Positions 30,822 to 39,498 of a stretch of DNA of 61,415 bases are shown piece by piece. The stretch comes from Gemmatimonadota bacterium (GTDB taxonomy: Bacteria > Gemmatimonadota > Gemmatimonadetes > Longimicrobiales > RSA9). The notes under the pieces were generated by a model, which worked only from the letters and a program-made list of their open reading frames with translations, had not been told where the DNA came from and made no database searches. Each line of letters opens with the position of its first letter. The first letter of the stretch is position 1. The position numbers and the translations under genes are program-made. The stretch spans positions 1 to 61,415 of the forward strand of contig JBBDRO010000008.1 of assembly GCA_040905425.1 (NCBI GenBank). Direction: 5' to 3'.

Positions 30822-33073
30822 GTGACTCGACGCCGCAGCGCACGGCCGTGGAGGTGGCGCTGCCCATTCCGCCGGTGCAGACCTTCACATACACCGTGGA
30901 GGGGCCGGCGCCCACCCCGGGTACGCGGGTGAAGGTGCGTTTCGGCCCACGCCGCCTGGTGGGCTGGGTGGTGGGGCCCGGAGCCGACCGAGAACTGGCC
31001 AGGGTGCGGCCGGTGGATCGCGTCCTGGAGCGGACGCCCAGTGTGCCGGCGGACGTGCTGGCGCTGTGCCGCTGGATTGCCGATTACTACGTGGCGCCGC
31101 TCGGCATGGTGCTGCGCGCGGCGCTGCCCGCGGCGCTCTCCCGCCCAGCCCGCCCGGAGGCCACCGTGCGCACCCGGCGCGTGCTGCGCATTGCCATGGA
31201 GCTGCCCAGCCTGCAGCAGCGCGAAGCGCTCTTCGGCCGTGCCAGACGGCAGCGGGAATGCTACGAAGCGCTGGAGGCGGCCGGGGGTGTGGCCGACGGC
31301 CGCCACCTGGCCGAGCAACTGGGGTTTTCGGCCTCCGTCCTGAAGGGGTTAGTGGATAAGGGTGTGGCCCGCTGGGACGAGGAGCGGGTCGAACGGGATC
31401 CCTTCGCGGACCTGCCCGCCGTGGAGCCCCCCCGTCACGAGCCCACCGCCGCTCAGGCAGCGGCGATCGGGGCGCTCACCGCCGCCGCCCGTACCGACCG
31501 CCCGGGCGTGCATCTCCTGCTCGGCGTGACCGGGTCGGGCAAGACCGAGGTGTATATCGAGTTGCTGCGCGAGGTGGTGGAGCGGCAGGGCCGGGGCGCC
31601 ATCGTGCTGGTCCCCGAGATCGCGCTCACCCCCCAGACCGTGGCGCGCTTTCGCGCCTGGTTCGGGGAGAACATCGCGGTGCTGCATTCCGCGCTCTCGG
31701 AGGGCGAGCGCTACGATGCCTGGCGCGCCCTCGGCCACGGTACCAAGCGCATTGCCATCGGCGCCCGCTCGGCCATCTTCGCGCCCGTCGCCGAGCTGGG
31801 CGCCATCGTGGTGGATGAGGAGCACGAGGCCACCTACAAGCAGTCGGAGGCACCCCGCTACCATGCCCGCGAGGTGGCCGTGATGCGGGCGGCCCAGGCC
31901 GGCGCCGTCTGCCTGCTGGGCAGCGCTACCCCGTCGCTCGAGAGCTGGTCCAACGCCAGCGCCGGGAAGTACACGCTGCACCGCTTGCCGGAGCGCGTGG
32001 CGGATCGGCCCATGCCTCCGGTGCGGACGCTGGATCTGCGCGAGCGGCGGCCCGGCGCCGGCAGCGCTCCCCGGAGCATCACGCCCGACCTCGCCGTCGC
32101 GATCGGCCGGCGCCTGGACCGGGGCGAGCAGACCATCCTGCTCCTCAACCGGCGCGGCTACGCCACGTTCGTGCAGTGCCGTGAATGCGGGGCGGTGTGG
32201 CATTGCGAGCGCTGCAACGTCACCCTCACCTATCATCGAGCCCGGCGGCGGCTGGTCTGCCACTACTGCTTCCACGAGGAGGCGCCCCCCACGCGCTGTG
32301 ACGCGTGCGGCTCGGACGCCCTGGCCTTTCGGGGCACCGGCACCGAGCAGGTGGAGCAGGAGGTGGGGGAGGCGTTCCCCGCCGCCCGCGTCGCCCGCAT
32401 GGACATGGACACCACCTCGGCCAAGTGGTCCCACCACGAGATCCTGACGCGCGTGGAAAAGGGGCAGGTGGACATCCTGCTGGGCACGCAGATGATTGCC
32501 AAGGGCCTGGATTTCCCGAACGTCACGCTGGTGGGCGTGGTGAACGCGGACGTGGCCATGAACCTGCCTGATTTCAGGGCCGCGGAGCGCACCTTCCAAC
32601 TCCTCACCCAGGTGGCGGGTCGGGCGGGTCGGGGCCCGCTCGGCGGCGAGGTGCTCGTGCAGACGGCGCTGCCCGATCACTACGCCATCCGTGCGGCGGT
32701 GGATCACGCATACGAGCGCTTCGCGGAGCGGGAGCTGGCGGAGCGGCGGGAGCCGCTCTATCCACCGCACCTGCGCCTGGCCAACGTGGTGCTGAGCGGG
32801 CCCGAGGAACTGGCGGTGGCGGAGGAGGCGGAGCGTGCCGTCGGGGAGGTGCGCGGCCGGGTCGCTTCACAGGGAGCGGCGGCCGTGGCCATCACCGGTC
32901 CCGCGCCGTGTGCGATCGACCGGATCCGTGGCCGCTGGCGGTGGCACTTCCTCCTGCGCAGCGTGTCCGCGGGGGCGCTCGGGCGGGCCTGTACGTACCT
33001 CAGCGGCGAGCACACCGTGCGCGGGGCAGGCGCCCGGCTGATCGTGGACAGGGACCCCGTCAGCCTGCTCTGA
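30818..33073 (+). CDS. priA: Primosomal protein N' (replication restart helicase)
   Basis: GVTGSGKTEVY, VPEIALTPQ, DEEH, four CxxC, GTQMIAKGLDF, QVAGRAGR. Confidence 0.96.
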   Translation: MSDSTPQRTAVEVALPIPPVQTFTYTVEGPAPTPGTRVKVRFGPRRLVGWVVGPGADRELARVRPVDRVLERTPSVPADVLALCRWIADYYVAPLGMVLRAALPAALSRPARPEATVRTRRVLRIAMELPSLQQREALFGRARRQRECYEALEAAGGVADGRHLAEQLGFSASVLKGLVDKGVARWDEERVERDPFADLPAVEPPRHEPTAAQAAAIGALTAAARTDRPGVHLLLGVTGSGKTEVYIELLREVVERQGRGAIVLVPEIALTPQTVARFRAWFGENIAVLHSALSEGERYDAWRALGHGTKRIAIGARSAIFAPVAELGAIVVDEEHEATYKQSEAPRYHAREVAVMRAAQAGAVCLLGSATPSLESWSNASAGKYTLHRLPERVADRPMPPVRTLDLRERRPGAGSAPRSITPDLAVAIGRRLDRGEQTILLLNRRGYATFVQCRECGAVWHCERCNVTLTYHRARRRLVCHYCFHEEAPPTRCDACGSDALAFRGTGTEQVEQEVGEAFPAARVARMDMDTTSAKWSHHEILTRVEKGQVDILLGTQMIAKGLDFPNVTLVGVVNADVAMNLPDFRAAERTFQLLTQVAGRAGRGPLGGEVLVQTALPDHYAIRAAVDHAYERFAERELAERREPLYPPHLRLANVVLSGPEELAVAEEAERAVGEVRGRVASQGAAAVAITGPAPCAIDRIRGRWRWHFLLRSVSAGALGRACTYLSGEHTVRGAGARLIVDRDPVSLL

Positions 33074-33246
33074 TCCCCCGAAACGCACGCCCTCCGGGGT
33101 GGTCCATTGATGAAATGGGGCGCTCGGTGATAATTTCAGGAAGCGGCGCGGTGCTCCTGGCACGGCGAACGCTCCCCGTACTGCGCCGCTGCGGCCGCGG
33201 CCAGGATGGGTCCGCATATCACCCTGGCCGCAGGAGGGTTGCCTCG

Positions 33247-33825
33247 CTGGCCACTGGCTGTCTGGCCCTGAATGCGTCGTTCGAACCGCTCACCATGCTG
33301 TCGGTGCGGCGGGCGCTTCGCCTGGTCATCGACCGCAAGGCGGAGTTGCTCGAAGCCGACGATGGACGCGTCTTCCGCTCCGAGCGGCGGGAGATGGCGT
33401 GTCCGGTGGTCATCCGGCTGACCCGTTTCGTCCACGTGCCGCGCAAGTTTCGCAGGCAGGTGACCAACACCTTCCTGTTCGCCCGCGATAGCTACCGCTG
33501 CATGTATTGTGGCCGCCATAAGTCCACGCTGCGGGGACGGGAGTTCCTGACGCGCGACCATGTGGTGCCCATCGTGCTCGGCGGGGACAATTCGTGGGAG
33601 AACGTGGTGACGGCCTGTTCGCCCTGCAACAATCGCAAGGGCAGCCATCTCCCTGAGGAGATTGGCATGCACCCACGCCACGCGCCGGCGGAGCCGAACC
33701 ATGTGGAGTTGGTGTGGGCGGTGCGCCGTGTCACGCCGGTGCAGGCCAAGTACATCCGCATGTTCTACGGCGAGGACGTGCTGCGGGCGCTGCTGCTGCC
33801 GGAGGGGGAGAGCCGCGTGGCCTGA
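33247..33825 (+). CDS. HNH endonuclease (McrA-like)
   Basis: CLALNASFEPL, RDSYRCMYC, TRDHVVP..GG..SWENVVTACSPCNNRKG; start uncertain (CTG 33247 after AGGAGG, or GTG 33151, or ATG 33115). Confidence 0.85.
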   Translation: MATGCLALNASFEPLTMLSVRRALRLVIDRKAELLEADDGRVFRSERREMACPVVIRLTRFVHVPRKFRRQVTNTFLFARDSYRCMYCGRHKSTLRGREFLTRDHVVPIVLGGDNSWENVVTACSPCNNRKGSHLPEEIGMHPRHAPAEPNHVELVWAVRRVTPVQAKYIRMFYGEDVLRALLLPEGESRVA

Positions 33826-33909
33826 GCGTGCATGGTCGGCGCAAACGATGACGGCGAGCTCCGCGGGGGGCTCGCCGTTGTTGTACATGCTATCCAGGGC
33901 ACACCGCTG

Positions 33910-34302
33910 TCAGGCGCCGTTGCGGTGCGCCTCCAGGAGCGTTCCCACCCGTTCGATCAGGCCGCGCAGATCCACGGGCTTGCGCATGCAATCGTTGGCT
34001 CCGGCCTGGAGCGCCAGCTGATGGGCGCCTTCCATGGCGGTCACGGCCAGGATGGGGATGGTGCGCGTGTCCTCCCGCCCGCGCAGCTCGCGCGTGGCCT
34101 CGAAGCCGTCCAACTCCGGCATCATGATGTCCATGAGGATGAGATCGGGGCGCGCGCGTACGGCCACGTCCACCGCCTGCCGACCGTTGGCGGCCAGCAG
34201 GACCGTGTAGCCGAACGCTTCCAGGAGCGCGCGCAGCGCATCTCGACTGTCCAGGTGGTCTTCCGCCACCAGGATGGTCGCGCTACCGGCGGGCTCCGGC
34301 AT
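33910..34302 (-). CDS. Single-domain response regulator (CheY/DivK-like)
   Basis: ILVAED, PDLILMDIMMPELDG, AVTA, KP; start 34302 or 34326. Confidence 0.9.
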   Translation of the reverse strand: MPEPAGSATILVAEDHLDSRDALRALLEAFGYTVLLAANGRQAVDVAVRARPDLILMDIMMPELDGFEATRELRGREDTRTIPILAVTAMEGAHQLALQAGANDCMRKPVDLRGLIERVGTLLEAHRNGA

Positions 34303-34509
34303 GGGCCGAGCCGTCTGGTTCAACATGCTACATCTGCTCGCTTCTCGCTCGAACCGCGGCAACATCGCCAGTGATCCGCCGCGCGCGTTGCCGAGCGGAG
34401 CAAATTCTGCGCCCGGCACGGCAGTGCAGCACACCCGGACGATCGCCGAAACCGCCCTCCGGGGGCGGGGCGGCTGGACGCATCTTCCCGGCCTCCATAG
34501 CTTTGCGCC

Positions 34510-34986
34510 ATGAGTCGAGCCTTCCTGACGCGAGCGGTGCAGTTCTCGGCGGCGCATCGTTACTGGCGCCCCGATTGGGACGAGGCAGAGAATCGGCGCG
34601 TGTTCGGCGCGTGCGCAAACCCGCACGGGCACGGGCATACTTACCGCCTCGAGGTCACGGTGCACGGCGTGGTGGACGAGTTGACCGGCTTCGCGGTGGA
34701 CCTGGCCGCGCTGGATGACCTGCTGCAGCGCGAGGTCATGCTACCGCTCGATCACCGCCACCTCAACCATGACGTGGCCGAGTTCGCGCCCGGTGGCCGC
34801 ATCCCCACCACGGAAAATCTGCTCATCTGGCTCTGGCCGCGCATCCGCGCTGGGCTGCCGCAGGGCGCGCTGCTACACCGTCTGCGCCTGCGCGAGGATG
34901 ACACGCTGTGGGCCGATTTCTATGGTGAAGGGGAGGGGCTCGACCAGGCGTCTGACCCTACCGGGGAGGTTCATGCCGCCCACTGA
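34510..34986 (+). CDS. 6-pyruvoyl-tetrahydropterin synthase/QueD family protein
   Basis: FSAAH, CANPHGHGHTY, LDHRHLN, PTTENL. Confidence 0.9.
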   Translation: MSRAFLTRAVQFSAAHRYWRPDWDEAENRRVFGACANPHGHGHTYRLEVTVHGVVDELTGFAVDLAALDDLLQREVMLPLDHRHLNHDVAEFAPGGRIPTTENLLIWLWPRIRAGLPQGALLHRLRLREDDTLWADFYGEGEGLDQASDPTGEVHAAH

Positions 34987-35341
34987 TCCGCCCCGGCCGG
35001 AGGAGCCCACGTCAGGCGCACGACCGGTCGTGCGGCGGGGCGTGGCGGATGGCCCACCGCCGGTCCCACCGCGGCCCCTGCAAGGGGAGGAGCCGGTCAC
35101 GGAACGTGCTTTCGAGGTGGACGGTATCCGTTGGGTGGCATCCCCCGGCGGCCGCGGTACGACCGGCACAGGCGCCTACGGACTCGGCCTGGTGGAGGCC
35201 ATCCATTTCAGACGGCCGGAGCACGGGGAGCGGCCGGAGCGGGAGGCCCTGCTACCGGTGGGCCGATTCGCGGGCCTCTACCCGGAGGAACTGCGCGCCC
35301 TGCTGGCGGACGCCAGGGACGTGGTGAAGCCGCCGCGCTGA
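34973..35341 (+). CDS. Hypothetical protein
   Basis: GGAGG RBS, overlaps the upstream stop; Pro-rich N-terminus and EELRALLADAR C-terminal helix. Confidence 0.7.
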   Translation: MPPTDPPRPEEPTSGARPVVRRGVADGPPPVPPRPLQGEEPVTERAFEVDGIRWVASPGGRGTTGTGAYGLGLVEAIHFRRPEHGERPEREALLPVGRFAGLYPEELRALLADARDVVKPPR

Positions 35342-35355
35342 GACGGGTGCGTTGC

Positions 35356-35688
35356 TCAGGCGGGCCCGGGTGGTGCAACCCTGATCTCGTTGCCTTCCAC
35401 GCGTAGGGGCCAGCGCCGCAGACGCTTGCCGTTCTGGGCGTCCTTGCCCGTGGCCAGGTCGTAGGCGGTATGGTCACCGGGACAGACCAGCCGCTCCCCA
35501 TCGAGCTGCCCGCTGCGCGCCAGGTTGGTGCCATCCACCGGGCAGAATGCGTCCAGGGCGTAATAGGTCTGGGAGACGTTCACCAGGGCCAGGGTTTCCC
35601 CGGCGACCATCACTTCCGCTACGTGCCCCGGTCCCAGATCGGGCGTCCGCAGCACGGTTTCGTATCCGGCATTCGCATCCTTCGTCAT
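35356..35688 (-). CDS. Rieske-fold ferredoxin with atypical ligands
   Basis: YALDAFCP...LVCP...YDLATG...LRRWPLRVEG Rieske scaffold; His ligand positions replaced. Confidence 0.75.
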   Translation of the reverse strand: MTKDANAGYETVLRTPDLGPGHVAEVMVAGETLALVNVSQTYYALDAFCPVDGTNLARSGQLDGERLVCPGDHTAYDLATGKDAQNGKRLRRWPLRVEGNEIRVAPPGPA

Positions 35689-35842
35689 GCCCTTCTAAGT
35701 GGCAAGAGACGTACCCGTCCGGGGCGGATTGCAGGGGAGGTGGACGCCGGGCTCCCGCACACCCATCTTTGCACCCGCCACGCGCGCCCGGCGGCGGTAC
35801 CATCGACCGCCCCCGTGCCCCTGATTCCATGGAGGAAACGTC

Positions 35843-36856
35843 GTGAACCAGACGCAGCGCCGCCGCATTCTCACCGGAGACCGTCCCACCGGAAAGCTCC
35901 ACCTGGGGCACTGGGTGGGCAGCGTGAAGAACCGCGTGGCGCTCCAGGACGAGTACGAGTGCTTCTTCATTATCGCGGATCTGCATACCCTCACCACGAA
36001 GCCGGACAAGGCCTCGGTGGCCGAGATCCCCGGCTTCATCCGGGAAATGGTGCTGGACTATCTGGCGGTGGGCATCGATCCGGCGCGCAGTACCATCTTC
36101 GTGCAGTCGGCCGTACCGGAGACGGCCGAACTCAATCTGATCTTCGAGATGCTGGTCACGCTGCCGCGCCTGGAGCGCCTGCCCAGCATCAAGGACATGG
36201 CGGAAGCCGCGCACCTGGACGTGATGCCCTTCGGGTTGGTGGGTTACCCCGTGCTGCAGGCGGCCGACATCCTGCTGCCGCGCGCACACGCGGTGCCCGT
36301 GGGCAAGGACAACGTGCCGCACGTGGAGATCACCCGCGAGATCGCCCGGCGCTTCAACCACCTCTACGGGGATACTTTCGCCGAGCCCGAGCCCCTGGTC
36401 AGCGAGACGCCGTCCCTGCCCGGGATCTTCGGTGGGCAGAAGATGTCCAAGTCCCTTGGCAACGCCATCCTGCTTTCCGATCCAGCCGATGAGGTGCGTG
36501 CCAAGGTCATGAAGATGTTCACGGACCCCAACCGTGTGCGGGCGGACATACCCGGTACGGTGGAGGGCAACCCCGTCTTCATCTACCACGACGCGTTCAA
36601 CCCGGATACGGAAGAAGTGGAGGACCTGAAGGCGCGCTACCGGCAGGGGACCGTGGGAGACGTGGAGGTGAAGAAGAAGCTCTTCGCCGCCCTGGAGGCC
36701 TTCCTCGAGCCGGTGCGCGCGCGCCGGGCGGAATTCGCCGCGCAGGAGGGGCTGGTGGAGGAGATCCTGCATGCGGGCAACGAGCGCATGCGTCAGGAGG
36801 CCGCCGCCACCGTGACGGCCGTGCGCCACGCCATGGGTCTCACCTACTACCGATGA
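35843..36856 (+). CDS. trpS: Tryptophan--tRNA ligase
   Basis: TGDRPTGKLHLGH, YPVLQAADIL, KMSKS. Confidence 0.96.
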   Translation: MNQTQRRRILTGDRPTGKLHLGHWVGSVKNRVALQDEYECFFIIADLHTLTTKPDKASVAEIPGFIREMVLDYLAVGIDPARSTIFVQSAVPETAELNLIFEMLVTLPRLERLPSIKDMAEAAHLDVMPFGLVGYPVLQAADILLPRAHAVPVGKDNVPHVEITREIARRFNHLYGDTFAEPEPLVSETPSLPGIFGGQKMSKSLGNAILLSDPADEVRAKVMKMFTDPNRVRADIPGTVEGNPVFIYHDAFNPDTEEVEDLKARYRQGTVGDVEVKKKLFAALEAFLEPVRARRAEFAAQEGLVEEILHAGNERMRQEAAATVTAVRHAMGLTYYR

Positions 36857-37326
36857 GCCGGACCATGCACCGTCCTTGCGCCGCTGCCCGTGCCCGCCCC
36901 GCCGTCCTCGTCCTGGCAATCCTGATGGGCGCGGGATGCGAGAGCAGCCCCCTGGAGACGGATGACGACCATCCGGAGGTGAACGGCCTCACCATCGTGC
37001 GCAACGGCCAGATCCTGGCGCGTGTCACCGGCGCGGGCCAGCCGCAGGGGCAGATCAGCGTGCCGGTAGGGGACAGTCTGGGCGTGGCGGTGGTGGTGTT
37101 CGACTTCGATGGGGAGACGGTCCTGCTCGACGCGGACGAGTTCATCGAGGTCGAGGTGACCATCGAAAGCGTGGCCACCTTCGCGCACTCGTCGCCGCGG
37201 GCCAGTAGCGGTACCTTCCACGGCCACGCCGTCGGCCAGACCAGCTTCGTCATCCGGTTGCGGCACGGGGATCCGGCGCACACGGATTTTCTCTCACCCT
37301 CCATCCCGCTCGTTGTCACTCCCTGA
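36853..37326 (+). CDS. Hypothetical lipoprotein
   Basis: Lipobox MGAGC; beta-rich mature part; ATGA overlap with trpS. Confidence 0.7.
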   Translation: MSRTMHRPCAAARARPAVLVLAILMGAGCESSPLETDDDHPEVNGLTIVRNGQILARVTGAGQPQGQISVPVGDSLGVAVVVFDFDGETVLLDADEFIEVEVTIESVATFAHSSPRASSGTFHGHAVGQTSFVIRLRHGDPAHTDFLSPSIPLVVTP

Positions 37327-37376
37327 CGAGCGGGACGCGAGCGGCGGGGGAGTTCGTTGTCAATCCCTGACGAGCG
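37311..37376 (+). repeat. Tandem duplication of a gene end (44-nt period)
   Basis: CGTTGTCACTCCCTGACGAGCG at 37311 versus CGTTGTCAATCCCTGACGAGCG at 37355 (21/22 identical). Confidence 0.8.
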
Positions 37377-37468
37377 CGTATGGAGAGCCGGCCTGGGTGG
37401 CGGCAGCCCGTGGTGGCGCCGATATTCTCCGTCCGATTCGCACCGCCCCATGATCCGGAGGACTCCCC

Positions 37469-38113
37469 ATGCGTACTTCATCCTGGCATGCGCCCGCCCG
37501 CTGCCTGCTCGTTGTCGTGATGGCGGCGTGCGATGGGGGTACTCCGCCCGCCGATACTCGCCCGGGGGACACCATGGCAGCAGTCGAGGTCCTTCCCTCG
37601 GTGGCGCTGGCGTGCGTGCCACAGCGCCCGGACATGGAGCGGGTCAGCGCCTACGACTCCGCTACGGTCGACCTGAACGGCGGCCGCCAGGCCCGGATCT
37701 GCTACGGGCGCCCCGGCATGCGTGCGCGTAAGATCTTCGGCGGTCTGGTCCCCTACGACCAGCTCTGGCGGACGGGCGCCAACGAGCCCACCACGCTGCA
37801 CCTGCCGTTCGCGGCCGAGATCGCCGGCGTACGCGTGGAGCCGGGGCACGTGTCCCTCTACACCATCCCCCGGGCGGAGCAGCCCTGGACGATCGTGGTG
37901 AACCGTGCCACCGATCAATGGGGTCATGAGGGCGCCTACACCCCCGCGGTCGAGGCGCAGGAGGTGGGCCGTGGCCAGGCCCCCGCGGAGCGGCTGGATG
38001 CGCCCGTGGAGACCTTCACCATCCGCTGGGAGCGGGCCGGGGAACGCAGCGGTGAACTGCTCCTGGAGTGGGCACGGACGCGGGTGCGCATCCCCTTCCG
38101 GGCGCTGCCGTGA
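37469..38113 (+). CDS. DUF2911-domain lipoprotein
   Basis: Lipobox MAAC; YGRP..RARKIFGGLVPY..LWRTGANEPT family motif. Confidence 0.85.
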   Translation: MRTSSWHAPARCLLVVVMAACDGGTPPADTRPGDTMAAVEVLPSVALACVPQRPDMERVSAYDSATVDLNGGRQARICYGRPGMRARKIFGGLVPYDQLWRTGANEPTTLHLPFAAEIAGVRVEPGHVSLYTIPRAEQPWTIVVNRATDQWGHEGAYTPAVEAQEVGRGQAPAERLDAPVETFTIRWERAGERSGELLLEWARTRVRIPFRALP

Positions 38114-38132
38114 GCCGCTTTTCACGCGGAAC

Positions 38133-38159
38133 TGTCACATCCTGCCCCTCATGCGCGTT
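38133..38159 (+). promoter_or_regulatory. Putative ECF-sigma promoter
   Basis: TGTCACA-N16-CGTT 31 nt upstream of the ECF sigma gene. Confidence 0.5.
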
Positions 38160-38190
38160 GAACCAGTGAGGGCCGCTCAACGGGTGCACT

Positions 38191-38688
38191 GTGGACTATG
38201 ACGCACTGTTCCATCGGCTGTACCCGTCGCTCTTCCGGTATCTGAACCGGTTGATGGGTGACCCCGATGCGGCGGATGACATCGCACAGGAATCATTCGT
38301 GCGTCTGCTGCGGCAGAAGATTCCGGAAGACGAGGTCCGGCCATGGCTCTTCACGGTGGCCGTGAATCTGGTCCGGGACCGGGCGCGTAAGTCGGAGCGC
38401 CGGCAACGTCTGCTGGTGAGCGCACCGTCGCTCGTCTCGGTGGAGGCGCCAGCCGATGCGCAGGTCGAGCAGGCCGAACGGATTGCCGAGGTGCGGGCCG
38501 CGTTGGAACGGATCCCGCCGCGGGACAGACAGCTTCTCCTCATGCGTGAGGAGGGGTTCAAATACGAGGAGATCGCGCGCGTGGTCGGCGTTGCACCGGC
38601 GTCGGTGGGAACCCTGATCGCCCGCGCATTGAAGCGATTCACCGAGGCTTACTCGGTGCGAGAGGAAGCAGATGAATCACGTTCATGA
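38191..38688 (+). CDS. ECF RNA polymerase sigma factor
   Basis: DAADDIAQESFVRL, WLFTVAVNLVRD, EGFKYEEIA region 2/4 motifs. Confidence 0.93.
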   Translation: MDYDALFHRLYPSLFRYLNRLMGDPDAADDIAQESFVRLLRQKIPEDEVRPWLFTVAVNLVRDRARKSERRQRLLVSAPSLVSVEAPADAQVEQAERIAEVRAALERIPPRDRQLLLMREEGFKYEEIARVVGVAPASVGTLIARALKRFTEAYSVREEADESRS

Positions 38689-39421
38689 AGGCGTGCTCCA
38701 GGCCTGGCTCGACGGCGAGCTGACGGCCTCCGAGCGGTCCGGCGTGGCCGAGCACCTGCAGGGGTGCCTGGCCTGCCGTGATCACGCGGCGGAGCTACGT
38801 GCGGCCGCGGAGCGGCTGGGCGCGGCGCTGGCCTTCCTGGACACCGCGCCGCCGGCCACGCTGGCCGCGCCGCGCAGGCGCCGCTCCTTCGCGACCGCTT
38901 TCGGCGGCGGACTGGCCCGCGCGGCGGGACTCGTGCTCCTGCTGGCCGGCGGCGCCGCGGCGCTCATCCCGGGCTCTCCGGTCCGCAGCCTCATTGTGGA
39001 CGCCTGGCGCAGCCTGGGCGCGCCGGTGGATACGGTGGTGGAGGCGCCCCCGGCCGAGCCGGTGCAGGAGGAGATCGCCGCCCGCGGTGGTGTGGCGGTC
39101 ACGCCGGTGGACGGGGCCGTCCGCGTGAACCTCGTGGCGCCGAGTTCGGACGTGCACATCAGGGTACAGTTGGTGGATGCCGAGCAGGCCGAGGTGGACG
39201 CCGAACGCACCGGACCCGCCTACGGCCTGACGGGTGGCCGCGGCTGGATCCACATCGCGGGGATCGAGGCCGGGCGCGTGACCGTGCAGATCCCCCGCTC
39301 CGTGCACACGGCCACCGTGGAAGTGGATGGCCGCGTGTTGGTGCGCAAGGTCGGTGACCGGCTCGTGCCCGCTCCCCAGTCGGGCACCGGACCCGACGTG
39401 GAGGTGCTGCCGGGCGGCTGA
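38672..39421 (+). CDS. Zinc-binding (zf-HC2/ZAS) transmembrane anti-sigma factor
   Basis: WLDGEL...EHLQGCLAC HxxxCxxC motif, one TM, extracytoplasmic domain; overlaps the sigma gene. Confidence 0.88.
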   Translation: MNHVHEGVLQAWLDGELTASERSGVAEHLQGCLACRDHAAELRAAAERLGAALAFLDTAPPATLAAPRRRRSFATAFGGGLARAAGLVLLLAGGAAALIPGSPVRSLIVDAWRSLGAPVDTVVEAPPAEPVQEEIAARGGVAVTPVDGAVRVNLVAPSSDVHIRVQLVDAEQAEVDAERTGPAYGLTGGRGWIHIAGIEAGRVTVQIPRSVHTATVEVDGRVLVRKVGDRLVPAPQSGTGPDVEVLPGG

Positions 39422-39439
39422 TCCGCCCCGCGCACCCAG

Positions 39440-39490
39440 CGAGCGCCCGCCGGGGGATTTCCCCGGCGGGCGCTCGGGTGTTTATATTCA
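39440..39490 (+). terminator. Strong hairpin between anti-sigma and TonB receptor genes
   Basis: Perfect 16-bp stem CGAGCGCCCGCCGGGG/CCCCGGCGGGCGCTCG with 5-nt loop, followed by GGTGTTTATATT. Confidence 0.6.
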
Positions 39491-39498
39491 GGGAGCGC

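Noticed and set aside
33247..33825. HNH as a homing, prophage or defence-island marker
   Set aside because: Common chromosomal type with typical codon usage and no mobile or defence neighbours
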